A stretch of 64,000 bases of DNA, taken from Phaeosaccion multiseriatum. Its lineage: Eukaryota > Protista > Ochrophyta, other classes. The stretch lies in contig OZ218951.1 in NCBI GenBank assembly GCA_965112735.1, forward strand, positions 4,092,001 to 4,156,000. Reading direction: 5' to 3'. This document shows, in pieces, positions 47,601 to 59,127 of the stretch (within the stretch, counting starts at the first letter, position 1; each line of letters opens with the position of its first letter). Below the pieces are notes generated by a model, which did no database searches, was not told the origin of the DNA, and saw only the letters and a program-made list of their open reading frames with translations. Both the position numbers and the translations under genes were made by a program.

Positions 47601-49356
47601 CGACTCAATCAATCCACCCCCCTTTCTTCTGTCTCTTGTTGTCTGCCTCTCGTATCTCTTTCTTTTCATTTCTCTCTCTCTCTCTCTCCCAGTCTCTATG
47701 TATTCTATTCTAACAATCTCTCTCCTTGCTTTACCTTACCTTACCTGGCCTGCTCTATCTCTCTCTCTCCTTGCTGTACCTTACCTTTTACCTGGCCTGC
47801 TCTATCTCTCTCTCTCCTTGCTGTACCTTACCTTTTGCCTGGCGTGCTCTATCTCTCTCTCCTTGCTTTACCTTACCTTGCCTGACCTGCTCTATCTCTG
47901 TCAATCGATCTCTCTCTCTCTCTCTCTCTCTTTGCCTGGCCTTGCCTTGCCTGATCCGGCCTGCTCAGGTGCACGACGTGAGCGACCCCCTCATGGACTT
48001 CGCCAAGACTGTGAATTACATCAAGGAGAACGAAGCCAGGCACCACAAACTCGCAGCGGTGAGAGAGAGGGACGGAGAGGGGGAGAGAGATTCAGAGAGA
48101 GAGAGAGAGAGAGAAGAGAGAGAGAGCGCGAGCCGGAGGGAAAGGGAGACAGACGGAAGGAAGGAGACATTCTTCATGATGATTAAGTCTCTCCCTGTTG
48201 CTCCTCCATGCCCTTCCCCTGCCGGGGCCTTGCTGACCTTGGTCTGTCTATACCTCTTGTGCTTATGATACTGCTCTCGCTCTCTCTTTACTCTCTCTCT
48301 CTCTCTCTCTCTGTCTTCTCTCTTCCTCTCTCTCTTGACACGCAGATTGTAGCGGACTCAACGTTTGGGGTGTTCGCCGTTACTTTTGTCGTGACGCGGC
48401 TCTATGTATATCCGTACTATTGTGTTTGGAACTCCATCACAGGCAAGGAATATACGAAACGATAGAAGGAGAGAGAAGGACAGACAGGTGGAGAGAGAAG
48501 GAATGTAGAAGCGACAGGAGAGAGCAGCAGCCCTTGCAGAGGAGGGGGGTACTCTTCGCGGTGCTTCTCTCAATCGTTGTCCTTGCCCTATCGCTTTCTT
48601 TACTATTCATTCCATCCTACCCCAAGAGGGGACAAGTCCTCTTGGGAGATAACGGGAGGGAGGGAGGGAGGGAAGGGAGGAAAGGGCAGAGCCCGGTGCG
48701 GCCAGAAATGGAGGCGTGTTACCTTTTTGACTCGACTGTTCCCAATGCCCCATTCCTTCTCATCGCCGCTCGATCAATCTCTCTCCCTAACTCCCTAACC
48801 CTCCCCCCCTCGCCCTGGCCTCGACCCTGCCCGTCTGCTCGCTTCCTTCCCTCCTCGCGTGTGGCTCATCTCAGCGGGCGTAGTGGGCAAGTTGGACCCC
48901 GATGTCCCTGCGAGGAAGCGCTTCTGCATATTCTTGGCAAGTCATGTTCTAGATCAGCATCCATCCCATCCCACCCGACCCCAACTCATCCCGTCCCCTC
49001 CCCTCCACTCACCTCTCCGCTCCTCCCCTGCCATCCCATCCCACCCCATACCATCTCCCATCTCCATCCACTGCGATCAGGTGATGCTGAATCTTCTGCA
49101 CGTGTTCTGGAGCTACTTGATCCTTCGCATGTGCTACCTGTTTATCTTCCACGGGGTTGATAAGGACATCCGTGAGAGCGATGACGAGGAGGTGGAGGGG
49201 GAGGAGGAGAGGGAGAGGGAGGACGACACGAATGACGCTTCTTCTTCTTCTTCTTCTTCTTCTTCCACGTCAAAGAGGCACAGTGGATCCTCCTCCTCCG
49301 CCACTGCCGCCGCCGCCCAAGCTTCGAACGGCGGCAAGGTGAAGAAGCGCAAATAG
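44171..49356 (+). CDS. Ceramide synthase (LAG1/CerS, TLC domain), multi-exon
   Basis: KFTEAAWRFLLY, DFWEMFAHHVITLGLLTFSW..FYRIGTLIMLVHDVSDPLMDFAK (Lag1 motif with HH and D..D), FVVTRLYVYP, LHVFWSYLILRM..DIRESDDEE, C-terminal KKRK*. Confidence 0.95.
45043..45267. mobile_element. MITE-like element in a ceramide synthase intron, related to the 34533 element
   Basis: 19-bp TIR GACCCCTGACGCGCTATTG / CAATAGCGCGTCAGGGGTC; internal ATAGC/GCTAT repeats; no clear TSD. Confidence 0.75.
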
Positions 49357-49742
49357 AGACAAGGGGGGACAGAGAGAGCGAATAGAGGGAGAGGGAGGGA
49401 GAGAGAGTACGGCGTGGCGCTATCTTTCCCAAGGACTGAGGTTGGACTCTCCAGTAAGCACCCCCCCTCGCTACCACAAGGATGCAGGCCGCTAAATCCA
49501 TTAATTGTTTGGGGCTGGGGTAGTACTGAGCGGAACACTCCTCACGGGCCTTGGTGAGCGAAGACCGGGCCATACACAGGAGCAGAGGCAACCTTCACTT
49601 TGGTTTTGATTCATTTTACTTTTTTTTTTTTTTTTGGTAAATGAATCACACACAAGAAACAAACTCAAAATCCATTCGTTTACATGTACATGTATATACA
49701 TCATGGCTGGTCGTCCCGTCCTCCCGTCCGCCTGTCAGCCTG

Positions 49743-50921
49743 TCAGCCGTCTGCGCTGCTGATAATGTCCATCGTGAGAAGCAGTCGTGGCTCATCGCCC
49801 TCCCGCGTGGCTGGGGAACGGTGCCACACGGCCCGCTCCTCTGGGCCCTCTCCCTGCTCATCCTGCTTGTCGTGCTTGTCCTGCTTGTCCTCTTCCCCCA
49901 GCATTTGCCCCTTGAACACCAGCACTTCGCCTGGCTGGGCGCACAGAGGCGTCTCTTCGCGCCCACCGCAAATGAAGCGGTTAAAGGCGGGAGTGGGGAG
50001 GTACGCGGCCAAGTCGGGAGGAACGATGGCTGCGAGCTGCTGGGCCACGCCAGCCAAGGGGTTAGGACCCGTCATCCTGGAGCTGCTGTCCCTCTCTCCT
50101 CCTCCTTCTGCTGCACTGCTCGTACTCGTACCCGTACTCAGCCACTCAGTACCCTTGCCAGCGTAGGTGCAGAGCAGGCGGAGAGGCACCCTATCGAGGT
50201 GATAGCGCGGACAATTCGCTTTCCTGGGCTTTTCGAGGCGAACTTGAAGAGAGACGGTACCGCTACTCCTCTTGGCCCGTTGACTGTCCTCTCCGCTTCT
50301 CTCCGCACTAAAACAGGGGATTTCTAGTCTCCCTCTCGCCCCCCCTCTTCTACTCTCAATCCCCCTTCTCCTCCTTCTCCCGCTGGGCCCACTTTGCTGG
50401 TGCTCCAGCACGACGCCCGCAAACCATTCTGTGAGCTGTGTGCCAGACAACCAAAGGGAGGTATGTGTGGTCCGCGACAGGAAAGGAGTCAGGCGGACGT
50501 AAGCAAGCACATGGAATGACGAGAGGGGGGACGGGATGAGACTTCTTCTTCTTACCTCGTCAACATCTTTGGCCAGCCACTCCGCCACCTCCGCGCTCCC
50601 ATCGGATAGCGGGGCAACAAGCTCCTGCGCCCACGCGCTGCTGCCGGTACCGAACCCCCCCGCCTTCTCTTCTCCCCCTCCCTTTTCGCTGGCGACTTTA
50701 TCACCCCGGACGGTCACCCTAGTCTCACGTCGGAAGGGCGGAGCGCTTCTCGTAGCAGAACGAAGGGACTCTGACGAAATTGGGAGCCTTCCTGTGGTGA
50801 TTCCTCGCGAAGGCGCGGCCTTCAGTCCACCCAATGACTCGGCATCCTGCTGGAGTGTCGCTGGGAGCTTTGTTGGATTGAGGGCTAGCCGGCAATGCAC
50901 GGCGAAAGAGAGGCAGCGCAT
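49743..50921 (-). CDS. DUF1826 family protein (probable intron 50436-50555; possible N-terminal targeting peptide)
   Basis: CPRYHLDRVPLRLLCTYAGKGTEWL, GEVLVFKG, VWHRSP....RLLLTMD match DUF1826 motifs. Confidence 0.85.
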   Translation of the reverse strand: MRCLSFAVHCRLALNPTKLPATLQQDAESLGGLKAAPSRGITTGRLPISSESLRSATRSAPPFRRETRVTVRGDKVASEKGGGEEKAGGFGTGSSAWAQELVAPLSDGSAEVAEWLAKDVDEVRRRSLIPSPLSSFHVLAYVRLTPFLSRTTHTSLWLSGTQLTEWFAGVVLEHQQSGPSGRRRRRGIESRRGGARGRLEIPCFSAERSGEDSQRAKRSSGTVSLQVRLEKPRKANCPRYHLDRVPLRLLCTYAGKGTEWLSTGTSTSSAAEGGGERDSSSRMTGPNPLAGVAQQLAAIVPPDLAAYLPTPAFNRFICGGREETPLCAQPGEVLVFKGQMLGEEDKQDKHDKQDEQGEGPEERAVWHRSPATREGDEPRLLLTMDIISSADG

Positions 50922-51110
50922 GAACTCTGCCTGATGAATACACGACAAAGGTGGTGAATAAGGCTCTTCTTCTCACCTTCGAATCCAAAACCCATCTGTG
51001 ATACCCTTTAGGCGGGCGGGCCGGCGCGGCGCCGCCATGATTAAAGCCAGCAAAAACTTTGGGCTCGGAGGACGACCGTGCTCCTCGACGGTAGGAATGA
51101 GTGAACAACG

Positions 51111-52655
51111 ATGTTGGTTAACGCGTCGAGGAGCTGTGGAAGGGCGCGAGCAGGAGGGCTGAAAGTGTGTGCCCTTGTTGTGCTTCTCGCCTCCTGGTGG
51201 CAAGTGGTACTGCAATTCGACAGCTACGTGCTTGGAGGGGCCATACACAACGTCAGCAAGGCATGGTGGAAGCTTCGGGTGCCCGGGGGGGGCGGTGCAG
51301 AGGGTGGCAGTCCGGACACTGTCTTGGGTGTCGTCGGCGGCAGCAGCAGCAGCAGCAGCAGTGGTCTGGATCCTGACGCTGGTGTCTTGCACGTTGAGGC
51401 GATCGAAGGAGGGAACCACCCACCCTCTGCAGAGGGAACCCCCCAACGCGACTGCTCTCCTAGGGAAGCGCGGCTCTGTGTGCCGTTCTATGGCCCATCC
51501 AGTCCTGCCCAACCACCAGGGACACCAGTCGCCCCCATTGTCGTGGTGCTTTCGAGCCACGCTGCGGGGGGGGAGTGGCTTGATGAAAGCCTCGGAGTGT
51601 CGCAGCTCCTGCAGCACCGGAGGGGGCATCTGAGGCAGCGAGGCGATGCGCCAGACAACAAAGAAGAAGGTGCTTTCACGGCAGCAAGAGAGGGTGATGA
51701 CTCGCTGCCCTCCTTCGGGGGTATGCACACCGTAGCATGGGCCGATGTGCAAGCGGCCCTCGAGTGGACCATTGGCGAACTGAGCCGCAACCTGCCACGA
51801 CCCCCATCTACCCCAGAGGATTCATCCCCTCCACTCCCTCTCCCGCTGCAAATGTCCCTCTTGTACTCGGACATTCCCGACCCTCTCGTGGGGTCCTTCA
51901 GCGACTGGGCCACCTGCAACAATGTTATTGTGATTCACTTGGTCACAAACGCCATCAGCGTGGCAGTCGCGGAGGAGCGGGAGCGGTTGTTCTCGAGTCC
52001 GGCGGTTGAGCACGGGGCAGGGGTCTTGATCAGCAACGACAGCAAGAGCAAGCTGACTCTGGAGGTGGATGGAGCGGCGGCAACCGTGAGAGCGGTGGAG
52101 GCGAAGGAGGAGGCCTTCAGGAGAGAGCTCAGACACCACCCCATTGGCAGCCCGCTCTACCTTGAGGTGGGAGATGGAGACCTGGCGTTCTCGCCAAGGG
52201 GCTCCTCTTCTTCTTCTTCGGCGACGGACACGGGGACGACAGAGACGATGCCCGTGCGCGTGAGAGCTTCACGAGAGGCCGTTGCAACCTTTATGCGTTT
52301 GCCAACGTCCGAGCCTGAGCCTGAGCCGCCGCACTCGCGCGCTCGTAAGAGAGCAAGAGCTCGGCGGCGGAGGAGAGGGCAGGAAGGCGCGGCGCCACGG
52401 AAAGGGCACGAGGAGGAAAAGGAAGCACTAGTATTAGAGGAAGCAGAGGAGACGGAGGAGGCAGCAGGGCCGGATAGCTCCCGCGTTCGGCATGCGTTGC
52501 AGGGTCTGAATCACCACCATGCGCAAGGAGGAGGCAAGTCTTCTTTCGATGGGGCCGGCATCTGGGGGGATGATGCATGCAGCGAGCGCGTGGAGAACTG
52601 GCCGGCTCTCAAGCTTGCTATCGGAGGGACGAGAGCCGCCATGTGGTGCCATTGA
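51111..52655 (+). CDS. Type II membrane protein with a degenerate Stf0/NodH-like sulfotransferase fold
   Basis: N-terminal TM (CALVVLLASWWQVVL); VVLSSHAAGGEWL, VIHLVTN and SERVENW echo the family motifs F.ILS.QRSGS.W, VIHL.R.N and ..IENW. Confidence 0.5.
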   Translation: MLVNASRSCGRARAGGLKVCALVVLLASWWQVVLQFDSYVLGGAIHNVSKAWWKLRVPGGGGAEGGSPDTVLGVVGGSSSSSSSGLDPDAGVLHVEAIEGGNHPPSAEGTPQRDCSPREARLCVPFYGPSSPAQPPGTPVAPIVVVLSSHAAGGEWLDESLGVSQLLQHRRGHLRQRGDAPDNKEEGAFTAAREGDDSLPSFGGMHTVAWADVQAALEWTIGELSRNLPRPPSTPEDSSPPLPLPLQMSLLYSDIPDPLVGSFSDWATCNNVIVIHLVTNAISVAVAEERERLFSSPAVEHGAGVLISNDSKSKLTLEVDGAAATVRAVEAKEEAFRRELRHHPIGSPLYLEVGDGDLAFSPRGSSSSSSATDTGTTETMPVRVRASREAVATFMRLPTSEPEPEPPHSRARKRARARRRRRGQEGAAPRKGHEEEKEALVLEEAEETEEAAGPDSSRVRHALQGLNHHHAQGGGKSSFDGAGIWGDDACSERVENWPALKLAIGGTRAAMWCH

Positions 52656-53562
52656 AGCATGGTGGGGGAGGGATGAGGGGAGGGGAGGAGGCTGAGAGGC
52701 ACTTTCCGGTCGGCCTTTTGAGGGTCTTGAGGCGCCTTGAGGCATTGAGGCGGGTCAGTAGGGAGTGGGGAGCAAGTACAGAGAATAGATTGCTCACTAC
52801 GATACGCCCGACAGGCTGTTCGACCGTCAAAGAACATTGGGACTTCGCCGTCGCCACGTGTGACCCAATCTTGTTTGCACTTGGACTCCCCGTAGAGCAC
52901 GCGAGACTCTTACTATTACTCCGGGTACCACGAGGGGGGGACGCCCACGTAGGAGCTTTTCGCTAGGTGGACTCCCCGCTCTACGGGGAGCGTCAAGCAA
53001 GTTCTTCGTAGTAGCAAGTAATATACTATGATTGAAGCCCCTCCTTTCCCCGCCAAGCGGCCGTCTGTTCTCCCCCCATCCTTCCGCGTTGGAGCTCGCC
53101 CACGTACAGTACACGTACTCACGACACACGTACAGGCTACGCAGTCTGCCGACGACGTACTCGTCTACGCAGAAGTCTACTCCAACCGGGCCCGGTTGCT
53201 TCTCTCCTACTACCATTACTTCTTATTTTCTGCTTCACCATTTTTTTTATTTTTTTTTTCCCTTTTTAGGTATATACCTACATATAATATAGTCTAGCGT
53301 CTACCGAAGTTCACACTAAATATATACATGTGCATAGACAAGCGAGAACACATACAAAAGTGTTTGCCACGATGGGCACCCCGACCCCGACGTATCTTCC
53401 TAAGCATATACATCACACTTATTCTCCCCTCCAACCCTCCCCTCTTTCTTACTACCCCTACTAACCTACTTGGTTCGTTCTGCCGGTCTGCAATGAAAAA
53501 CAAGACACGACTGTCAAACGGATCTCAATGTAGGCCTCCTCCTCGTGCTTTGTCCATCAACT

Positions 53563-53855
53563 TCAATACATGGCGTTGAAAAGCGTCGGGTTTGGCATGT
53601 GGATGCCAGCGTGAACACCTGCCTGCTGCTGCTGCTGCTGCTCCTGCTGAGCCTGTTGAGCCGGGTGGTACCACTCCTGTCCACTCAAGGGGTCCTGCTG
53701 CTGCTGCGCTGCTCCTGGAAAGCTCCACGTCGGCACTTGCTGTTCCCGGTCTTGCTGTTGCAGCTGCTGGGTAAAGCTGCCGTCCGCCACGAGCGCATCA
53801 TTGCTGGGGGCCTGCAGCAGCATTGACATGGTGCCGGTGTGGAGGGAAGCAGGGA

Positions 53856-53887
<32 letters not shown>

Positions 53888-55198
53888 GGAGCGGACGGCG
53901 GCGGCTGCGTGTCCATCATCACATCCTCTCCCGTGGAAAGGAGGTCGATGAAAGCGAAGAGGCTCTCGTCGTTCATCGCGGCCTGCCCCTGCCCCTGCAC
54001 CTCAGCATCCTGAGCCTGCTGTCCCTGCTGCTCCTGTGTCTGAGGGTCGCCGGCACCGCCCATCATCATCGACATTGTGGCACCGTAGCCGGGCTCGAGC
54101 ATGGACTGCTGCTGTAGTTGTTGCTGCTGCTGCACCAGCATCTGGCGGTAAAAGTTGGTTTGCAGCTGCTCGGGCTGTTCGGCCTGCGGTTCCTGCTGCT
54201 GCTGCTGCTGCGGCTGGGCGGCGCCCATGGGTTGGAATGGTGCGTCCATCCAGCTCAACGGCTGAGCCTGCTGCTGCTGCTGCTGCAGCTGCTGCCCGAT
54301 CTTCATCTTGGATAGTCCCTTGCTCATGCTCGACTTTGCTGCTGCTGCTCCCGCCCCTCTTGCTTCTACTCCTGCTCCTGTCCCTACCACTGCTGCTGCC
54401 GCCGCCGCTGCTGCTGGCGAGGACGGGTCAGACACAAGCTTACTCAGCACCTTGGTCGAGAACATGGCCTCCTCCTCAATGTCTTCGGGAGAGGCAAGGA
54501 ACAAGACGTTGCGCAGCGCCGCCTGGAGCCCGCTGCTCGCCCCTCTGGACACCACCCTCTTCTTCTTCTCCAAGAGCACCAGCTGGTGGCGGAGGTCCTT
54601 GAGCTCGTGCTCCCCTGACTTTGCCATGCGAGCTTTGACTTCCCCAATGCTCTTGTTGATGGACCGGATCTGCCGGTGCGGCCACCGCTGGATGTTAAGC
54701 TTGCGGCACTGGGGTGGACGAAACAAAGACGCGGGGAAAGATCCGGGGCGGGGGGAGGGAGAGGGGGTGTTATACATACATAGTTCACAAAGAGGGGGGT
54801 GTTCTAGATGTTGTGTTTTCGATTCAAGTTAACAACTCACCAGCTTCTTCAGCATGGTCAGCGAGATGTTCAGCTCCTTGGCCACCTGCAGAGAGTATGA
54901 GAGTGGGGGGTTTAGGGGCGAGCGTGAGCGGGGATGGGTTGGGAGGGTGAGAAACACTATCTGAGCAAAACGGGGACGCGTCCCAAAAAAAAAAAACTCA
55001 CACACTAGTTCGCAAAAAAGGAGGCCCGTCCTCCAGATGCCCACTACCTGCCGGCCCCTTTCCTCTCTCTAGTCCTCCCCCTTGCTCATTCACACGCACC
55101 TCAACAAGAGGCAGGTGGTAGTAACCCTGCAGCACCTCGATGGTGATCCGGGGATTGCCCGTTCCCTCCGAGCCGGCCCCCGGAGACTGCTGCGCCAT
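53563..55198 (-). CDS. RWP-RK transcription factor (3 exons, Q-rich C-terminus)
   Basis: ITIEVLQGYYHLPLVE|VAKELNISLTMLKKL|CRKLNIQRWPHRQIRS. Confidence 0.95.
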
Positions 55199-55697
55199 TG
55201 GCTTATTCGTAATGAACAAGTGGCTGTGGCTCTCCTATCCCCTTCCCCAACCTCTCTGCCGCTTCTCTGCCCTCCCACGGTCGCTCCTTCCCTCGTCGAC
55301 GATATTCAACGAACGTCAGGCAAAAAGGAATGGGGGCGTCTGACCCTCCCACTGCTTCCCGACGCGAGTCAGATGCCCCCTTCTCTGCCCACGCAGCGCT
55401 CGCTGTGCTCCTGTTCCTTTCCTTCCTTAGCGTGTAAAATTCTCTTTTGCAGCTGCTTTTAGGCTTACAGCCTGTTAAGTCCGCGTCACCCCCTTGGGGT
55501 TTGGGATGGGCGCATGTCCCTAAATTGATACCTCATCCCACCTATCCCGCCCCCGAACCGCCCCCGACCTGAAAAGAGATCAAGGACGCGTCAATCCCTT
55601 CTGATTAGTTAGAAGTGGACCTTGGATCGCAGGGCTCGCTGCGTGTGCTAGGCTACCGCTTGTCTCGTTCCACCGCTGCAGCTCATCACACAGAGCC

Positions 55698-58549
55698 ATG
55701 GCAACGATGGGGAAACGAGTGAGCTTCGTGGGCGTAATTCGCATGGGGGACCGGGTCATGATCTGCCAGTACAGCCCCCTGCAGACGGACGACTCCTATG
55801 TGATCAAGGAGATGGTTGCCAACCCCAGCACCTACATCGAGGAGGGCCGGCGCTACACCAAGGAGGGAGACATGGTGCGCGCAAATTGTTCCGAGCTCTC
55901 TCGTCCCCCGACCCAAATAAAACACCCGTTCTTGATTGATTGATATCGCCCTCTACCGGGGGGGGGGCTCGCGTAGTGCTGTCCGATACGACCTTGCAAC
56001 AGCGCTTACGCCGTCTAACCTATTGTTTCCGCTCTGCCTCTGCTGCTGCTCTTGTCCCGTCAGTTCTCCATCCACTTCATCTGCGACGAGCGAAACCGCA
56101 TCCACTCGTGCATCACCGATAAGGAGTACCCCCCACGCGTCGCCTTTGCCCTTCTGGACGAGCTGAGCACCAAGCTGCTCACAAAGGTAAGGGCAGAGCA
56201 GCGGGCGCGGGTCTCGGACCCCGAAACGGCAGAAGCTTTGGTGGTTACTTTTGTTTTGTCGCTTAGACAGGAGAGGGTCGCTACTGTTTTGCCGGTGGCT
56301 AGCGACAGTAGCCGCAGCCGCCTCTCTGTTTCCTTCGCCCCCCCGTGATGCTTGCTCACAAATGAGCCCCCCTGTCCTCTCTGCTGATGCTCTTGCGGAT
56401 TCTTTCCTTCCTTCCTTCCTTCCAGGCGGGGGACAAGTCACTCACCTGCTCCGAGGGCGGCGTGCAGCGGACGATGAAGGACACCCTCAAAGATGTGTGC
56501 TTGAAGGTAAAAGCTTCGATTCCGTGTGCACACGTCCATCCCATCCCCTCCCTCCACTGCGTCTTCTGCCGTCCCATCCCACTGCTACTCTCTTCTATAT
56601 TTACACCTCCGCCCACACATAGCCGGCCGACTCACTCCACACCTCCTCTTAGGATAGGATGACTGACTGACTTGTGTCCGTCCCTCCCTTCCCTCCCTCC
56701 CCGTCTCTCTCTTATCTCTCCTTGTGTGTGTGTGTGTGTGTGTGTGTGTCGCTGTGGTGCTTGTGTTGCGTTGCCAGTACGATGACTTGAACAACGTAGA
56801 CAAGCTGTCCTCGGTACAGAGCAAAGTGGAGGTGGTCAAGACACTCATGGAGGACAACATCCAGCAGGTACGTGTATACGTCATCTGTTGAAAGGTTTGT
56901 GTCTGTCAGCAGGTTGGTTGGTGTCTTGGGCGTCTTGTTTGTCGCTCTCTATCTGTGTGTCTGGTTTCTGCTCCGGCACATGCGTCAACCTACCTGCCCA
57001 TGTTTGTTGTTCAAGCAAGGTTGGCCTCGCCTCGCTCCCCTTCGAGGGAGGGTAGTGGTTGATTTCCGCCCCTCCCTCTGGTCATGGCTTGTTCACAGAC
57101 TGTAAAGGGCGCCACCCAACCGGACTAGACTGACTCCGACTGACTCCGTGCTTCTTGCTTCTGACTCACTCGCTCCCTCCCTCACAAAGGATGTCGTGTC
57201 CGACTTGTCCGACTTGCTTTCTTCCTCCTGCTCAGCTCAGCTCAGTTCAGTTCCCTTGACTTCATTAGACTTTAACCATTTTCGGTCCATCCTTGACGAC
57301 CCCCAATATCGACATGCATTATCGACCCTGCTCCAACCTACCCTTGTTCTTATCACAGATGCTGGTGAATGAGGAACGGTTGGAGCAGATTGGAGAGGGC
57401 GCCGAGAATCTCAATGAGCAGGTTCGTAAATTGAGTGCGTGAGTGGGTGCGTGCGTGAGTGAGTGGGTGTGCGGGTGAGTGAGTGAGTGAATGATGAATG
57501 AGCGAGTTAGTGAGTGAATGAGCGAGTGAGTGAGTGAATGAGTGAGTGAGCAGGCAATTGAGTGAGTGAGTGAATGATGAATGAGCGAGTTAGTGAGTGA
57601 ATGAGCGAGTGAGTGAGTGAATGAGTGAGTGAGCAGGCAAGTTAGTGAGTGAGTGAGTGAGTGAGTGAGTGAGTGAGTGAATGAGTGAGTGAGCAGGCAA
57701 GTGAGTGAGTGAGTGAGTGAGTTGCCTTCGCTCCCACTCATGTGCATACGGGTTCTGGCCCTTCCCTCTCCCTTTTCCTGGGAAGGGGGCTTTCTTGGGG
57801 TGCCAGACATGCCCAATCATGGCAGGCAGGATGTGGATGGGGTGGGCCGTGCCAACGCTGTCTCAGTACAGATGGGACGGATGAGAGAGAGAGAAAGAAA
57901 CAGAGGGAAGCCCCTCTCCATTGCTCTCTCCTCTCACTCACTCCTCCCCATCCCTTCCTCCCCATCCCTCCCCTCCCTTTCCTTCCTCCTTCCCTTCCCT
58001 CCTCTCCCTTCCCTTCCCTGCAGGCCAAGGTGTTCCAAAACCGAGCGAATGTGCTGCGCAGGCAAATGCGGTGCAAGGCCCTGAAGATGTGGCTACTCAT
58101 TGCCCTCGCTGTCACCATCCTCCTCCTCATCATCATCGTTCCCCTTTCCTTGTAAGTCGAGACGTGTCAAAGTGTGTCTCAGAGCTCTTCCTTCGTCCTT
58201 TGTGTTTTGTTGTCATCACCTCGGATCGTTATCTGTCTCACGAATATAGATTTTGTGTTGTGTTGTTTTGCATTGCGCCTTACCTTCCTCGCGTCTTGTC
58301 CATCTATCTCTACACGTGTCGATCAACTCACTCACGTCTGTCCGTCCTACTCCCCCCCCTTCTCTCTTCATGTCCATTGTCTCTCTCCCCATCCTCCCTT
58401 CTCTCTCTGTCTCTGTCTGTCTCTCTCTCTCTCTTTCTCTCTCATTGATCTCTGTCTCTCTCTGTCTTCGTGTCTCTACATCTTTCTCTCTTGTGTCTGT
58501 GTCCGTGTCGCTCTTTCACTTCATCAGATGGTGCAAGAAGAACTGCTAA
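55698..58549 (+). CDS. VAMP7-like R-SNARE (longin + synaptobrevin + TM), 7 exons
   Basis: Longin ITDKEYPPRVAFALLDEL; SNARE VDKLSSVQSKVEVVKTLMEDNIQQ|MLVNEERLEQI...AKVFQNRA; C-terminal TM. Confidence 0.93.
57440..57722. repeat. Intronic GAGT/GAAT compound repeat
   Basis: Visible, with a duplicated ~80-bp unit. Confidence 0.9.
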
Positions 58550-59127
58550 TCAAAATCGTAACAAGGGGGGGGGTAACCATGACGGTTACTAATACTATGG
58601 TTATTAGCCCCCCTTGATCGTAAGGAGAAAAGAAAAAGGAGGAAGCGAGAAGAGAAACAGGAGGAAGAGTGTGTGTTTCTCAAGAGTGCACGGCTGCGCT
58701 CTCTTCCTTTCTAACTATCCATCCCTTGGATACGCGGGGAGGGCCACGATGGGAGGCCGAGACCACGGCAGGCTTGGGAGAGAGGGGGCCGAGGGGGGAA
58801 GGCGGGGGGGGGGGGGGGGGGCGAGGTGTTGGGAACGGAACGAACAGTATGCTTCGTCAAATTTTTGTCATTCGTAAGAGCGCCCATAACCGCACATACA
58901 CACTTCATCAATCAAATATGAAAATTGAATTAACCAACACGTGCCGTATCGTTTTAGAAAATGAGTACTTCAAGTACTTTGTAGTAGTAGAGGTTTTTCC
59001 TCTTTATTGTACGACATACGACAGCTTCTCTTATCGCTCGATGGACCGCACCTGCTGCTGCTGCTGCTACTGCTAGTGTATCACCAGCTGCTGCAGGAGC
59101 TCTTGTCTCGACGCACGGCAAGAGCAT

